Assembly (NCBI GenBank): GCA_000708835.1
Contig: DF237522.1
Coordinates: forward strand, 1 to 58,369
Source: Klebsormidium nitens
Lineage: Eukaryota > Plantae > Klebsormidiophyceae
Length of the DNA stretch: 58,369 nt
Direction: 5' to 3'
Numbering within the stretch: position 1 is the first letter of the stretch; every line of letters begins with the position of its first letter. A program made the translations under genes and the position numbers. Below are positions 23,301-45,802 of the stretch, piece by piece. The notes beneath the pieces are model-generated. The model searched no databases, had not been told where the DNA came from, and saw only the letters and a list, made by a program, of their open reading frames with translations.

Positions 23301-25788
23301 TTTCGTCCAGCACCCCTCCTCTAGTTGCCCCATCTCGCACGCCCTCACACTCTCCCCAAACCGCGGCATGCGCACGACCCTCCTCCGCCCATCCGGCGTT
23401 CCCTCGCCGAACCCCCCCGTTCCCGAACTCCGTCGCCCGAACATCGAAAACTTCTTTTCCTTCCGAAAACTGCTCCGCCGGCTGTCGGGCCGCTCGAGCC
23501 CGATGCGGATCTTCGGCAGGCACACGATGCCCCCCGACGTGGACGGCTCCTCTTCGGGGGGCTCCGGTTCGCTCCACCGGCGCCCCCCCTTCTTTTCGGG
23601 GGTGTGCTTCCGGCTCCCCGTCGACGTCTTCCGCAGAATCTTCGGAAAGTGGAGATGCGGCAAAACGTGCCCATCTTCGGTGGTCCCCCCCCGAGGGGTC
23701 CCCGGAGTGTCGCCCACACGCAGCGGGGGGGGCCGTTTCTCCTCGATCCGACCCCCCCGTCCCGGCCCCGGATCCGACATCCTCCGACTCATCGTTCTGA
23801 TTTCGTGCTGTTCGTCCCGGACCTCTCGCATGTTTGACGCGTTCTCCCCCCCGTTCCTCTCTGGCGTTTTACCCCCCCCGGATGGGGAGGGCTGGTCGGG
23901 GCCCAGAGAAGAGGGTATTGACGGCAGTCGCGCGGTGAAGTGCTCCCGCAGGTGTGAGTAGGGCACTCGCCGCTGTTCGGGGCTTTGGCCGTAGATGTTC
24001 TCGAGGGTTTCGGAGTTGGCGAGCTCATACTCGTCTTCCGAGTCGGTGAACGTGACTTGGCAGTCGTGGAACACCTCGTTTGCACCTGAACAGATTTTCT
24101 GAACTTTCAGCTGGTGCACTCGGAAGAAAGTTTTGCTGAAAGTCTGAAAAGATAGATCAACACAAGATCCTGAAGACAAAGGCTTAGGAGGCAGATCGAG
24201 GCTTGTTTTAGGGAGTGGTTAAGAGACAGCTGGGGGTAAAGGACCTCGTTTGTGCCGGCGGAAGGTGAATATCGATGATCGAGGTAAAATTGACTCAATC
24301 CCCGTGCAAACAAGTTAGATTTTAAGATGTAATACGCAACCAAGAGTGAGCTTCTGTTAGCACTTCGAATGATCCGTGAGAGTTACTTTATGGTGTGCTG
24401 GTACAACCGCCTTCTCAGCCTGGTGAGAGCTTCGTTGGATCCTGACGGAACCTCGTCAGAGGTATTCTGCAAGACACTGGGGCACTTACAAGAATGATGA
24501 ACCGAGAGGGTTTTCCCGTGGAACCTGGGAAGCACGGCAAGATCTTCTGGACCGTAAAGCAAATGTTTAGATGCTTTGGGGCAGTATGGCAACCAGCAAA
24601 CATGCAAAAGCCTACACTTGAGCAAGTGGTGTTCTAATCAACCAGATGAAGTGCACTGTCAAAGTCGTGAGACTCGGCACCACATCTCATCCAGCTTTTG
24701 TAGCATCCCAAGGCTGCTCAACTTCACAGTAACACAAACAAAAGGATTCACATTTTAAACCAAGTTCACGACCTGTTCCCAGGGAAGTGCATGGCCGGCT
24801 GGCCAGCTACAGAGACTACGGCTTGGAAATAGCATGGGGCTTCTTCAGTCACAGAAGGCGAATAAAGAGAGACTGTGGTATTCCAAAGGACGACTGCCGA
24901 TATATTCAAAGGTCAGGTTATTGTCTACATCAACAGGTCGCAACCTGCAACATCCACGCCTCTCTTCTGGAATTATACAGAGAAAGCTTCTCTGAAAAGA
25001 CGAAAGGAGAAGGCTACATTGTGTCCCTTGCAAGCTACGCTGCTGTCAACAGGATTCTGCTCTCCAGGAACCTCCCCTTCTTACTCTGGCCCAAATAGTC
25101 GCCCTCCATTTTTCAAAGAAACAGAACAGACAAACCTAGTAAACGAGAAATAGACTTTCTGGCGAATAAGTAGCTTTCTGGCCAAAAATTGCTGCGATAA
25201 ATCTTGCTTCAGAAAGGTGTCACTCTGCTTGAAATGCATGACCGCCACAACCTGCGAGCTCTCCTAATCTAGCCATTCAAACCTTGGTCCATTGTCCAGA
25301 TCCTTTGTTTCCCTCTAACATCTAACGGACCCGTCGCCTTTAAGGCACCTGCAAAGGTTGTCCCTCAGACACTCTAGTGATCAAACCAAAGCCTGAACCA
25401 TCCCTGAACAACAAACCTGGTAATCAACCAAAACCCTGAACAAACCCTAAATGGAAAGCTGCGGAGCAGAGCTTTCCCGAGCAAACTCACTCAGCAAACG
25501 CGCCATCCGGCTCCTGGGCGTCCCCGCCGGAGTCCCATACATCGACGCCGCATCCACGCTGCTCTGATCATCAGTCTCAGGGGTCACTTGACTTGTGCTC
25601 ACTGCCGCCTCTGACTGCACTCGCCGGATGCTGACGTCATTTTCGCCGCCGGCCCCCGGAAGCGTGACGCCATTCTGCAGCTGGAAAGCGACGGTCCCCT
25701 TCTTCTTGCGCCCGCGCCCCTTCTTCACAGCTGGTGCATGGGGGGCGGCACCTGGCGTGTCCCTCTTCTTGGAGACACAGCCCCCCAT
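20329..25788 (-). CDS. DUF1336 / EDR2-C (START-like) domain protein, CW14-like, about 641 aa, 6 exons
   Basis: complement(join(20329..20508,20998..21120,21607..21795,22374..22680,23257..24085,25491..25788)), phases consistent. N-terminal acylation motif MGGCVSK. Motifs [45 protein letters not shown] and [12 protein letters not shown]. Confidence 0.9.
21369..21568. mobile_element. MITE-like fold-back element, copy 2 (DUF1336 intron 4)
   Basis: About 25-bp imperfect terminal inverted repeats (TGTCAGAACGGATGGAAGGAGAACA ... TGTTCTCCCTCCTTCCGTTCTGTCA) and TG..CA ends. Flanks are ACAGC and ACAGG. Inner inverted blocks are ATACCCC/GGGGTAT and CGACGGTC/GACCGTCG. Confidence 0.75.
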
Positions 25789-27033
25789 GTGAAACCCTCA
25801 CTCTAGTCTTAAGAGCTGACCAGATAGTGAGGGTTATTGCAGCAGTTCTTTCAGCATGTCGGCTGAGGAGTCCTCCCTCCCTGGCTGTCTAACCAAGAAA
25901 ATGTGGGGTATTGCAAATTGTCCCTTTAACCCCCTCAGAAACTCTTTGACCCTAAGGCTCAGCTGTGACCAGGTTAGAAGCCTAACAACCGCTGCAACGT
26001 TATATCCTTCTGCAATGTCTTGTTTGCAGATTTTCAAGCTCAAATTTTCTCAGACCGTCCAGCACGTAAACTGGATTACAATGTCCATGCAGCTATCTAG
26101 ATGCTCCAGTAATGGGATCAGTTGCTGAGAAACCCAAATCACAACCGGTACAGACCCAAATTGTATCAAGGACAACGCCGACAACATCAAGAGCTGGGTC
26201 TGCCGTGACGCTTTGAGAAGACAGAGTGTTTCAGAGACTAATTCTCAGAGTATCACGGCCCCCTCAGTTGCCTGCCCGTCGAGGGTTGCAGATCTCACAA
26301 GCTTTCAATCTGCAGTGGCACCCCTGGATCCCTTTCCTTTGTGAAGAGCTCTGCTGATGCTGATGCCACATGCGCCAATGGATGGTAGCCTCCTTGCTGC
26401 CTGTCGCCATTGACTCCAGAGTCCAGGACTCTGAGTCTGAGTCTGAGGAACTGGCCAGCGAAGAAGTACGAAATGAGCTCAGCGCCAGCCTGTCATGCCC
26501 GCTTCTTCCGCATTGACACTGGTCCAGATTCCAGAACCTGAGGCTGAGGTTGCGGGTCAACATTGTGGTGGACGGATCTGGTGTCAATAATGCAGCTTGA
26601 CGGCAGCTGCGAGCTTGACTCCGATGAACCCCCAGCTCGATGCCGTCGGATGAACCTTGATATTGAAAGCCTGCCGTCCGATCTGTTTTTCGCAGAACTT
26701 GTGTCTTATACAATGTAGCCCACTGACGTCAGCAGGCTGCAGGGCGGTGCAAAAAGACATGTGCCTTGCTTCTCGAATCGCAGCATCGGGATTTCCAACC
26801 TCGTGGAAGGTCGTCTTTAGCCTTAGTTAGGGGTGAATCTAGGGATACAGCATAAAAGAAAGCTGGTGAAAACTTCAACTTGCTTCCCTCCGTTTGAGTT
26901 CAAAACCTTTCGAAATTCTCAGAAGACACTCATCCATTCAATACGCTCTATATCCACGACCGGACTCACCTTAGATCTAACAGTAACTCGAACTTTCGAT
27001 CCAAGCAGGATTCCCAACATTAGCAGCTGCAAT

Positions 27034-30000
27034 ATGGCAGAGCCGGTCCGGTTCGGCGTCCTCGGCTGCGCAAACATTGCAAGGAAAGTGATCCGTGCAA
27101 TGACACTAGCGGAAGGCGTGGAGGCGCATGCTGTCAGCAGCCGGTCCCTCGAGAAAGCGCAGCGGTTCGCTGAGGAAGTGGGAAAAGCTACGGTGCGAGA
27201 CGTCTTTTTCTAGTTTACTTGCCTTTTCGTTTCTTGTCTCATGCAAGCGGTTTTGAGAGGGTGCAATCCGTACAGTGGTGTGTACATCTTGAGGGGGGTT
27301 AGAATGTAGTGGTGGTTGTCGGTGAGGAAGTTTAGCAAATCCTGCTTACGGGCCCCAACATTTTTGCATGCACATGTTGACCACATTATTGGACCGCTTC
27401 AGTACCTCGGTTTTAAACTGCTGAAAGAGTTCTTTTTTGAAGTGTCTTGACAGGCAGATGCCACCATGTTTTTCAAGAAAGTTTTCTAGCTGAAATTCTA
27501 CACTCCAGCTAGGTATGTAAGTTAGACTTACACTAGTCCTCGATGAGACAATAGACATACTTTGGACTACCACCATCAAACAGTATGGGTTCAGAAGATG
27601 TCTAAGCAGCATCAACCGGCCATTGGTCGGGGCGAAGCATGGTGGGGGCGAAGCGCAGGTTCCACTATTTTGGCAAAACATGCCAAAGGGGCAAGCTTTG
27701 CTGTCACTGTATGATGTCAGAAATTCTGAGCCCCGCAAGGACCTTGTAGATCCAGACTGAAAGTCAGAATCTCACCGGTGGTCTGTATGCTGGTTTGAAA
27801 GGGTTTTGGGGTTCTTAGACCCCGAAAGTTTTAATTGTAATTGCTGACACTGAAAGTACACCAGGTCAATCCTTCGTCCTTTCAATTGAAGCAAATGTTA
27901 GCCTCCAATGCCCCCTGTAAAGCCACGAACATTGATCATGGTGGTGACTTTGACGCGCCCACTAATGATGATTTCAAACTTAACCTGCCAGACCCTTGAT
28001 GCAGGGAAGAACGCCCACTGTCAGCGTATCCAATATGAAGCAAGTTCAAGAAATCCTATCAACAGTCATAGCGGCTTACTACCGTCGAAGCAGTCTGTTT
28101 TTCCGATAATAGGGTGTAAAAGCAAACTGGCCCCATTATGCTTCAGGTATCTAGCTTGTCAGATTGAGTTTGTATTCTAGTCTTCAATGTTGTCACTACA
28201 GCGCTGTTGCCCCCGTTTGTCACTCTGACCTTATCATTTATCATTGACTAGGCTTCTTCATGCAGGGAGCAAAGTTGATTGCCTACGGTAGTTACGAGGA
28301 GCTGCTGTCCGACCCACAAATCGACGTTGTCTACATGCCCCTCCCCACCAGCCTGCATCTAGAATGGGTACAAAAAGCGGCCGCGCAGAAGAAGCACGTG
28401 CTGCTGGAAAAGCCGCCTGCCCTGACCCTGGAAGAGATGGACAAGGTTAGTGGCGGGTTAGTACCTGGTTAAGAAGTTCTCCAAGCGAAGCTGCGGTGTG
28501 CTAAGGCCTTGCCACACCCTGAGTATTTGGTGTCGAGGATTCTGTGAAGATGGTGGATCATACTGTCTAGGCTTCTGTGCTTAAACCTGGAACTGGTAAA
28601 CATAGAACCTGGTGAACAAACGAAAGTACAGTCGCTAGGATTCTGGAAAGCGGAAGCGTAAAAATGGGGAAACGGGCATCTCTAGGCGTAACCTGTGGAA
28701 AGTCAGTTTCGGGGGGTTTCGTTGGGGTTCTCTTGCTGAGGGTCTTGTATCGAGCTGAGGGTCTTGTATCGAGATGAGAGTTATTGAGAACCAGGGGTTT
28801 ACAATTTTGGATCTCTCAGCAACCTCAAAGATAGTTGTGTCAAGGGGAATAGTAAACCTGTACATGTGCTATCTGACTGAAAGGGTAATTGCTTCAGCTT
28901 TCATGCTGTGCAGCGATGTGATGTCCCTTGCTGAAGTGGAAGTACGTGCGTGTGTCAGAAGTAGATGTAGGTTACTCTGAGAGTCTGTCTGTCCAAGGTC
29001 TGTTTGCATGAAAAGTATAGAATTCAACGGCGAGAGGAAGGGTTGTTGGCCTTCCGAAATCTCCATATTTTCAAGCGAAAATTGAAAACGTAGGATTGTC
29101 TTCCACTCTGGTGCCTGGCAACTTCAGGAGGCGCGGATGTCAGGGTCACCTAGGCCACTGTTTGTCCATCAAAGTCGACCTGAGACTATTTTCATCGACG
29201 GATTCGGTTTTGGGGTTCTGATGTACCTTATGAATACTCCATCGCAATGTTGTGACCACTTTGCCAAGAAAGTCCAACCGAGACGACGTTCGTTGACGGA
29301 TTCAGATCTGGATTCTTGATGTACCTTCTGGTACTCCCTCGCAGAGTGTGAAGCTGCAGTTGAGCCACGTTTCTTGGAAGAAGTACATCAGAGAGTCTCT
29401 CACCTTGCTGTTTGGGATCCTTACAGATCCTGAAGGTTTGTGAGGACGCGGGCGTTCAGTACATGGACAACAGCATGTGGATCCACAACCCCCGCATGGA
29501 GGCGATTAGAGCGGCCAAGCAAAGCAAGGAGGTGAGCAGTCCGCATGGCAACTCGTCATGCAGCTCTTTTCGCCAAACCTGCCATCGAAATTCAAAGGCT
29601 CCGAGCATGGTGTTCCTGATTGTGATCCGTGCGATCGACGACGAGGAGGGCATCGGACGGCTCAAGATCAGGAACCATGCTTGGAGAAGGCCGAACCGAT
29701 AGCAAGTTCGAAGCAAGCAGCTGTCAATTGCTGGTCTTTTTGGCGCTTGTACAAGTGCAGAGTTGGGCATCCTTTTGTGCATCTCGGAGACGAGGTACTT
29801 ACAACCGCCAAGCTCTGCTGATGTTTCTTGTTACACTGGCGGAAAGGACAGGTATTTGCGTATTCGACTGAAGCTTGGATTGCTCCATATCGTCAGGTCG
29901 TCCCTCATGTCGGTGTTCTAAATTTGAAGATATGCAATTCAGTCAAGTGCATCTGGCTTCCCCTCCTGGTCTTTGAATTGCCGCACTTCGAAACTTTCAT

Positions 30001-33000
30001 CTGACACGTATCTCCCAACAGAGTGATAAACACTGAGCGTTGTCTTTTCTATTTTATTGCAGAACTTTGGACAAGTGTTGCGCTTCGACTCGTCCCTCCA
30101 CTTCCACCTCCCCCTCCACTCAGGCGACATCAGACTGGATTCTGCGTTGGATGCCTTGGGAGCGCTCGGTAAGAATAGAACCCGTCAACTTTTTCTTGTT
30201 TGTTGCTTTATTTGCTAGCATCCTTCGTTAGAGTGCAACCAGCAAAGAACATCACTCACACCTTACGGGCTTCTTCCTCCGTCATGTGAAATGCTTGACT
30301 GCGTTTGGAGTCGTTCAGATGCGTGTCAGGACTGGAGTAGAGCATAAGCCTCCGTGGATCTGCGAAATGTTCGTTATGCTCGCAATGGGAGCGTGATTGT
30401 TACTCTTCGGTCCTTGCTCCCAATCCTCTTCTACCGACATCGGATATTAATTGAAGATTTCGAATCGCTTTTTCCTCCCAGAAAAGTCTCGAACTGGCGT
30501 CAGTTGACGCAAGCCTTCAGACAATTATGGTACTCGACTCAGCAGATTACTACCGAGCACTGAACGAGGTCTTGTCTTTGTCCAGCATTAAACAAGGCAC
30601 CCTCCCTTGAGATTGGCATTGCTTATGTATGGCTGAATTTCGTGTGTGAACTTTTGGGGTCTCGCGAAACTGTCTGTTGACGTCTCGTTGTATCCCGTGA
30701 CGTCAGGTGACGTCGGCTGGTACTGCATTGGCCACTCGCTGTGGGCGATGGACTGGGATCTGCCGCAAAGAGTGGTCGCGCAGCCGGGGACGAAAACGTC
30801 AAAAGGCGGGGTGATAACCAGGTAGGTCATGCTAACCCATGTTTACCCCTTTGTACCTCTTATTCTCAAGAAAGCTTGAGATACGTAAAGCCAGAGCTGG
30901 AAACTCCGAACGCCGCTAATTGCAACAGTAGTTTGTACGATGTAGTTTGTACGATGAAGTTGCTAGAGCTTCAGATGAAAAAGGAAATGGGCATTCAGGT
31001 ATGGTCGTGTCTTCTTTGTACCTTGCTTTTGCGCTTGCTTAATCGGCGTTTGTAGATGCGGCTGCATGCTTCTACCTGACGCCATGTTTGCTGCAGTCCG
31101 TTCCTGCCTCTGCTTCTACTGAACGGGGCAAAGTCAGCCCGGAATTCTTCCTTTCAAAAACCTCTGCGTATTGACGAAAAAGACGTTCACAGTTCTTTGA
31201 AGAGCATCAATTGGTTACCAGGTTGCGGCATCGTTGATGCTGCAACACTGGTTCGGTTGTTGCTGCGAAGATTTGACTGCGTATTGTCATGGCGACAAGC
31301 ACAATGCCAATACACGCCTCTTGGTCGCCGGGCACTGATGCTTGCGCCAACGGCCTAGTCAAACCGTGTGCATTACCAGCGGGAATCATGGTCGTTCCGT
31401 CACCTTCTAGTACATCAAGCGATCGCTGGCAACCCTGGTCATTTTACAAACCTGTGCGCAAGCCAACACTTAGCGAGTTGATTTGCAGCATCGGCGCAAC
31501 GCTTGTGTGGGCGGACGGCCGCGTCGCCACGTTCTACTGCTCGTTCGAGGCCGCGTGGGGCCAGCAAGCGTACCTCGTCGGAACGAAGTGAGTCCTACGC
31601 AGGTCCCCCGTGCTGACGTCATGCTTAGTACAAGCTCGCGATAAACTAGGCCCCCTGTCAAGCCTTTCTCGCAGGATACTGAGTGGGTATTGGTCGTTCG
31701 GTACGTGCAGGCGAGAAGTTGGATAGACATATGCATGCCTACTTGAAATAACCTTTTTTTATCAGTCGGTAGAAGATTCGCTTGGAAACTGGTACTGTCA
31801 TCTTGATGACTCGTCAGGTTCTTTGTTCGAGGCTCTCGCGGTGATTATCCAACATGTCCGGCCAGTTGCGACTGAGAGATCGGGTTTAAATAATATCCAA
31901 GCGACTACGGAGCTTGTAAAGCTTATTGGAGGCGTAAGAACGTGGTGCAATGCCTGACGTTGGCTTTGTCATCCTGTATCGCGCTCTTCTCTCCTTGTCT
32001 TGGTCGCGAGGCTTCTGTTTTTGAAGGGAGCCCCCGTTCCTTAGCCTTAACTTTAAAGTTAACCTGACCATAACCTTAACCTTAACCTTAACGTTTACCT
32101 TAACCAGAACCTTCACCATTGTCCTTCATTACGTGTGCCTCGGCGCTCCTGAGTCTCTGAGCTTTGCATTCTTTTGGTGCGGCTCTGACCGCCTCTCAAT
32201 TCTGCAGCGGCCACATACATTGGAACGACCTCTGCATTCCGATGCGGGAAGACTCGTGCGCGTTTGTGACGTCATCAAAGCCGTGAGTCTACCACTGCCT
32301 CTGCCGCCTCAGGACCGTTTGAAAAGCAAAGCTTACGCACGGCTGACGTAAGCCTTGGTCTTCGAATATGTGCCTCAGATTTACCTTCATACTCGCGTCC
32401 TGGCTTATAACCCTGTTTGTCATGGATGCAAGTTATTTCCGCCGCTTATGTCTCAAACGAGAGACTGCGAGATATGTAAAATACATGTATGTTGAGCAAG
32501 CACGAAGAGAGTCAAAAACAGACCCATGAATATGGAATTTACAGGTGAAGAATATTTGAGGGGGGAAGGTTATGCCTTTTATGTGTAGCGTATCGTCAAA
32601 CTCACGCCGGAATTTGACAATCATTTGAAGTTCTGAACGCTCTCCAGAGTCCCGCCTGCCTGAGCGCTGACCTTTCACTGTGGGTTTTCTTTCCTACAAG
32701 ACCTTCTTTTAGGATCGCAACCCTCCTCTGGTTCTGAATGAGTGTGCTTCAAAGAGAAGGCAGTTGCCTAGCGGTCTGGCTCCGTGTGTAGGTCTAGTTC
32801 AACAACGATACAGTGGACTTCGAAGAATACTGTGCGTTTGCCTGCCTTCCTGGAGATTTTCCTTTACCAAGAATTTTCGCTTTGGAAGCTGCTATTGCGA
32901 TGTCGAGGGGCGTGGGAAGCTGCAAAATGTTTGCAATTTAACATCTATTCTCCGATTCTGTCAAAGGTGAGCTCTCAGACATTGAACGACATCAACCGGC

Positions 33001-34022
33001 AAAAGTGGGGTGGGAAATCCTTCTGGACACAGAACGGCGCCAACTCGCCCAAAATCGCCGAGATTTGGCGAACTTCGCGAGGAAATTTTGCATTTAGAAT
33101 CTGCGACTCTCCTCGTAGGGGCCTGATCAACAGCGACACTGAAGTGAGCAACGAATACAGGGAAACGCGGGTTGACCTGCGAGTACCGCAGGAGGCGCTA
33201 GTGTTGGAGGACTTTGCGGCGATCGTTTCCGGGTTGAAGGCGGGCAAAGAGGCCTTGGATTCCAGGTGGGTTCGCAAGATTTCCCCGTCATTCTATTTCC
33301 TCCCTTTGCTCTTTCTGTTCGTGCGTCCTTCCTTTCCTTTTTCTCATCAACTTTCACCGTCTTTCTCCGTTGCCTTGACATACTTTCTCTTCCTTAACAT
33401 CGCTCGTTTTCCTTCTTTCGCTTCTCCTCTTTGAATACTTTCTGCGCATGTCTTTCCTGTGCTTTCGTCTTAGTTTTTATCAAGTTCTCGAGTCGTCGCT
33501 TTGCCATTCCAGCGTCAGGTCATCGAGCTTCCGCGTTGAGATGCCGAGTCACTAACTTACCTGAGTCACGAGACATCAGTTTTGCAAAGTAAGTCCTCAA
33601 GGTTGGATAGAGTTGGCGCGTCCTCTCTGCCAAGTGTTGCTCATGCAAGCAGTCAACAATGACGGCTTTCGAACTCGAGCGGTCATCAAACGGGGACAGT
33701 TTGCGCTCCAATCAGCAATCCTGGATCCTGCGATTATCTTTACCATCGAAACCGAGAAAACAACTTCTCCCTAACGCCTACAAGCTATCAGCATCTGGAC
33801 CGTGCTATTCAATAGCAGATATGCGAATCAGTCCTATCTCTCCGGCGAGGTCCGGTATATGGCCTGCTTGACAGAGACGTCTTCCATTGGAGCAACGCTT
33901 GCATTCTGACCCCCAACTTTTCTCTTGACAGATGGCCCGAACGGTCCTACAAAACTCTCCGCGTTTTGTTGGCAGTAAAGGACTCGTACGACAAAGGAGA
34001 GGCGGAGATTCGGGTGACGTGA
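27034..34022 (+). CDS. Gfo/Idh/MocA-family NAD(P)-dependent oxidoreductase (At4g09670-like), 358 aa, 9 exons
   Basis: join(27034..27192,28266..28445,29427..29531,30063..30168,30707..30821,31489..31587,32208..32282,33119..33265,33932..34022), 1077 nt with consistent phases. Motifs [45 protein letters not shown] and PQEA. Confidence 0.92.
28735..28772 (+). repeat. Perfect 19-bp direct tandem duplication (intronic)
   Basis: GCTGAGGGTCTTGTATCGA occurs twice in a row. Confidence 0.85.
32040..32118 (+). repeat. Degenerate (AACCTT)n microsatellite upstream of the Gfo exon-7 acceptor
   Basis: CCTTAGCCTTAACTTT...ATAACCTTAACCTTAACCTTAACGTTTACCTTAACC. Confidence 0.7.
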
Positions 34023-35306
34023 CAGCATTGTTGAAATTTTTGGGATCATGCCGTCTTTGGCGAGCTTTGAACGGTTGTCATCACCAGCTTGGCAGCAATG
34101 CAGAGGTAAAGAGCTGATGCTACATCGTGTGTGGAGCCCAAGTGCAAGAATGTGAAGCACCTGTGCACCTTATACATGCCAACTAGTCGTGCTTTTGACC
34201 CCATCAATAGCCATTACAGTTACATGTAATCAGTGACCGCGTACGGTAGTCACAGCATGTTCTTCTGCCGCGAAGGATCAAGGATCGATGTTCTCATGAC
34301 ATTTCATGCCGCGCGGCGACCCGATCGGACCGGCCATGCTGCGCGGCCGCCTTAGTATATATAGGGCTTATGGTACCGTACGTCAATTGAACCGAACCTT
34401 TCGGTCTGAGAGGATTCTGTGAAAGGTTAAAGACCATCCTGAGACGGGTTAGGGTTGACTTGGAAGTTTCAAGGGGGGGTAGGAAGGGAGTACGGAGCCT
34501 GGAAAGTCCGGGTTTGGTTTTATGGTCAAAGTTTGAGATGCGAGTTAGGGTAACTGGTTACGTCTGGGTTACGTACTGTATTCAAATTGTACATACTACA
34601 AACAATAACGGCTTTGGTTTATTTTCGGCCCGAATTAATACGCAGAGTATGACGTCGTTCGACGCGTGGCAGCCAACTTTGACCACGTCCTGCGCTCTCA
34701 TTTGTTCAATACTCTATCACGTGGTTCCTATGCAATCATTTTAATGACCGCAGTCCGCAATCTCGGGATGCGTTCTCCCGATCGATCAATGCGAGTATCA
34801 TTGATCGGATCCCGATCCAACTTGCGCCAAGCGGCTATGGCCGCCGGAGCCATGGAGGCAGGACACAAAACAGACGACCTAGGGCCCATGCAGGGCCATG
34901 GCAGCTGCAATTTCTGGATGAGGCCAACTTTTGATCGTTGGCAGAGCCATCACTCACCCTTGCAACGTCCTGTTGATTGATTAGCGGCTCGGTCTAGCAG
35001 AGCTGTCAACTGAGCTGAGGGTGTGCAGAAGCAGACAACCGCATTGCGAGGGATGCACGTTTGCAATGGGAAGGGAGACAATGACCAACGCTGCCGAGCC
35101 AGGAGCGCAGTCTTTCATTCTACTTGTTCAAGCTGCTAATGATAACCCTAGCCGTTCATGTTGATGGGAATTGGAAACTTCCACCTTTTGAGGAAGGAGG
35201 ACAAGCACTGTGAGGAAGGAAACCAGAGCTTTGGAAAGTAGAGAAAGAAAACAAGCAATACCATTTTGGGAACCCTCAGTTCAGCTCAGACTCCTAAAGT
35301 GCAGTC

Positions 35307-44431
<9,125 letters not shown>

Positions 44432-44954
44432 CGGAAACGGGGGGTTCTGCAGTGTTTGTCTGTAGGTTTGAACCCCACCTAGAGTTGAGGATCCTTCATG
44501 TGAGCGCACCTGGGGAAAGCTTGGAACCTTGTAAATGTTTGTGGGCGCATTTGGGTCGTGTGTGGGGATAGGGCAGGTTTCGGTGCGCCCGGTTAGCCTG
44601 ATAACCTGAGCTTCTTAGCTACTGATATCGTCAAAAGGAGTTGTTCAAAGGCGTGATTGTATTGTTGGAGCGTCTTAGGTGAAAGTCAGAGCGTTCGTTG
44701 TGTAGTTCAATTGGATATACGAAGTGCGGAACGGACGCTAACCCGACGAGCGCCACGGTCAGGGTGCTCGAGATCGCTTAGAACATGGCCTTGACCTGAC
44801 TTCGAACCAGATGGTCTATATAAAACCGAACCAAAAGGTATGCTCGACGGATCTGCTCGGTGGCCGGGAACTTCGCCAGGTCAACGACGCCAACTTAGGC
44901 ACTGAAGCACGGACTGAGCGATCCGAGCCTGGAACTGCAGCATAAGAGTTGATT

Positions 44955-45375
44955 GGCATGGATCGTATTCGGCCTTCACAGAGGCGTCACCATGCAACAC
45001 TCACAATGCATGCTGGCACGTATCAGAGTAGCTCAACTTATGGGCCCTTGCATTCAGAATACTAAGTAGTTAGGCACATGCATGCATTTGAAGGCATGTC
45101 ATTCAGTCACTGAGTGTCCGGCGGGGGGCAAGTTGAGACATTCGATTGAACCTTAATTGATCGACGGTGGAGTCCACACATGATGCATGCGGCGCTGGGG
45201 GCGAGGCTGGGGTCCATGGGCTGGCTGCAGCTATAGTGACTCCGCATGCTACCCCGCGATCCATATGAAGCACCATGTTGCCGCGCGAGCCCTAGTACCC
45301 ATCAGACTGCATTGATTCTTCCGATGGTTTGCTTTGGTGGCGGCCGCCATGGTTAAGTGTGAGGGCCCCATGAGA
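44955..45375. other. Intergenic palindrome/CATG-rich island (between convergent CDPK and methyltransferase)
   Basis: 13 CATG counted in 44941-45400, including CACATGCATGCAT. GCGGCCGC at 45340-45347. Confidence 0.6.
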
Positions 45376-45802
45376 GCTTTGCGTGTGGTTGTCACCAGCT
45401 CACTGAATCATTCCCTAGCTGAGAACAGTTTGTGCAAAGTTTGGCAGGCTGTTGGCGCAGCACGATTCAAAAGCGACTCAGCTGAATAGCAACTTACTTA
45501 CTTTCCCTTTCCTATCATATGACTAATCCTAGATCGACCACAACACAATTCAATCAACTACTTTTACAGTTGCACCCACGCTTCGCAAGGGTGCTGCTGG
45601 AAAAACCATGCAATAAAGGTCGAGTTGGTCTAAGTTCGACTCCGGTGCATTCTAGAACCCAGTCTGATTAGTGTTAGCCGTGATTGTAACTCTGTAAGCA
45701 GCTGCAGTTTGCTACCGCCTCAACTTGTATCCTAGAATTCAATGTAAGCAACTCAACAAAATTTTGCCCAGATTCATTGCCTCACTCGGAGGTTTGGGCT
45801 GG

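Noticed and set aside
32784-33118. In-frame 5' extension of Gfo exon 8 (part of the 216-aa ORF)
   Set aside because: Exon 7 ends in phase 2 and joins cleanly at 33119. The extension has no family similarity and would inflate the protein beyond the ~360-aa norm.
35164-35241. Possible MG-starting N-terminal exon for the CDPK (MGIGNFHLL...)
   Set aside because: It ends in TAG, and the only nearby GT gives phase 2, incompatible with the phase-1 acceptor at 35304.
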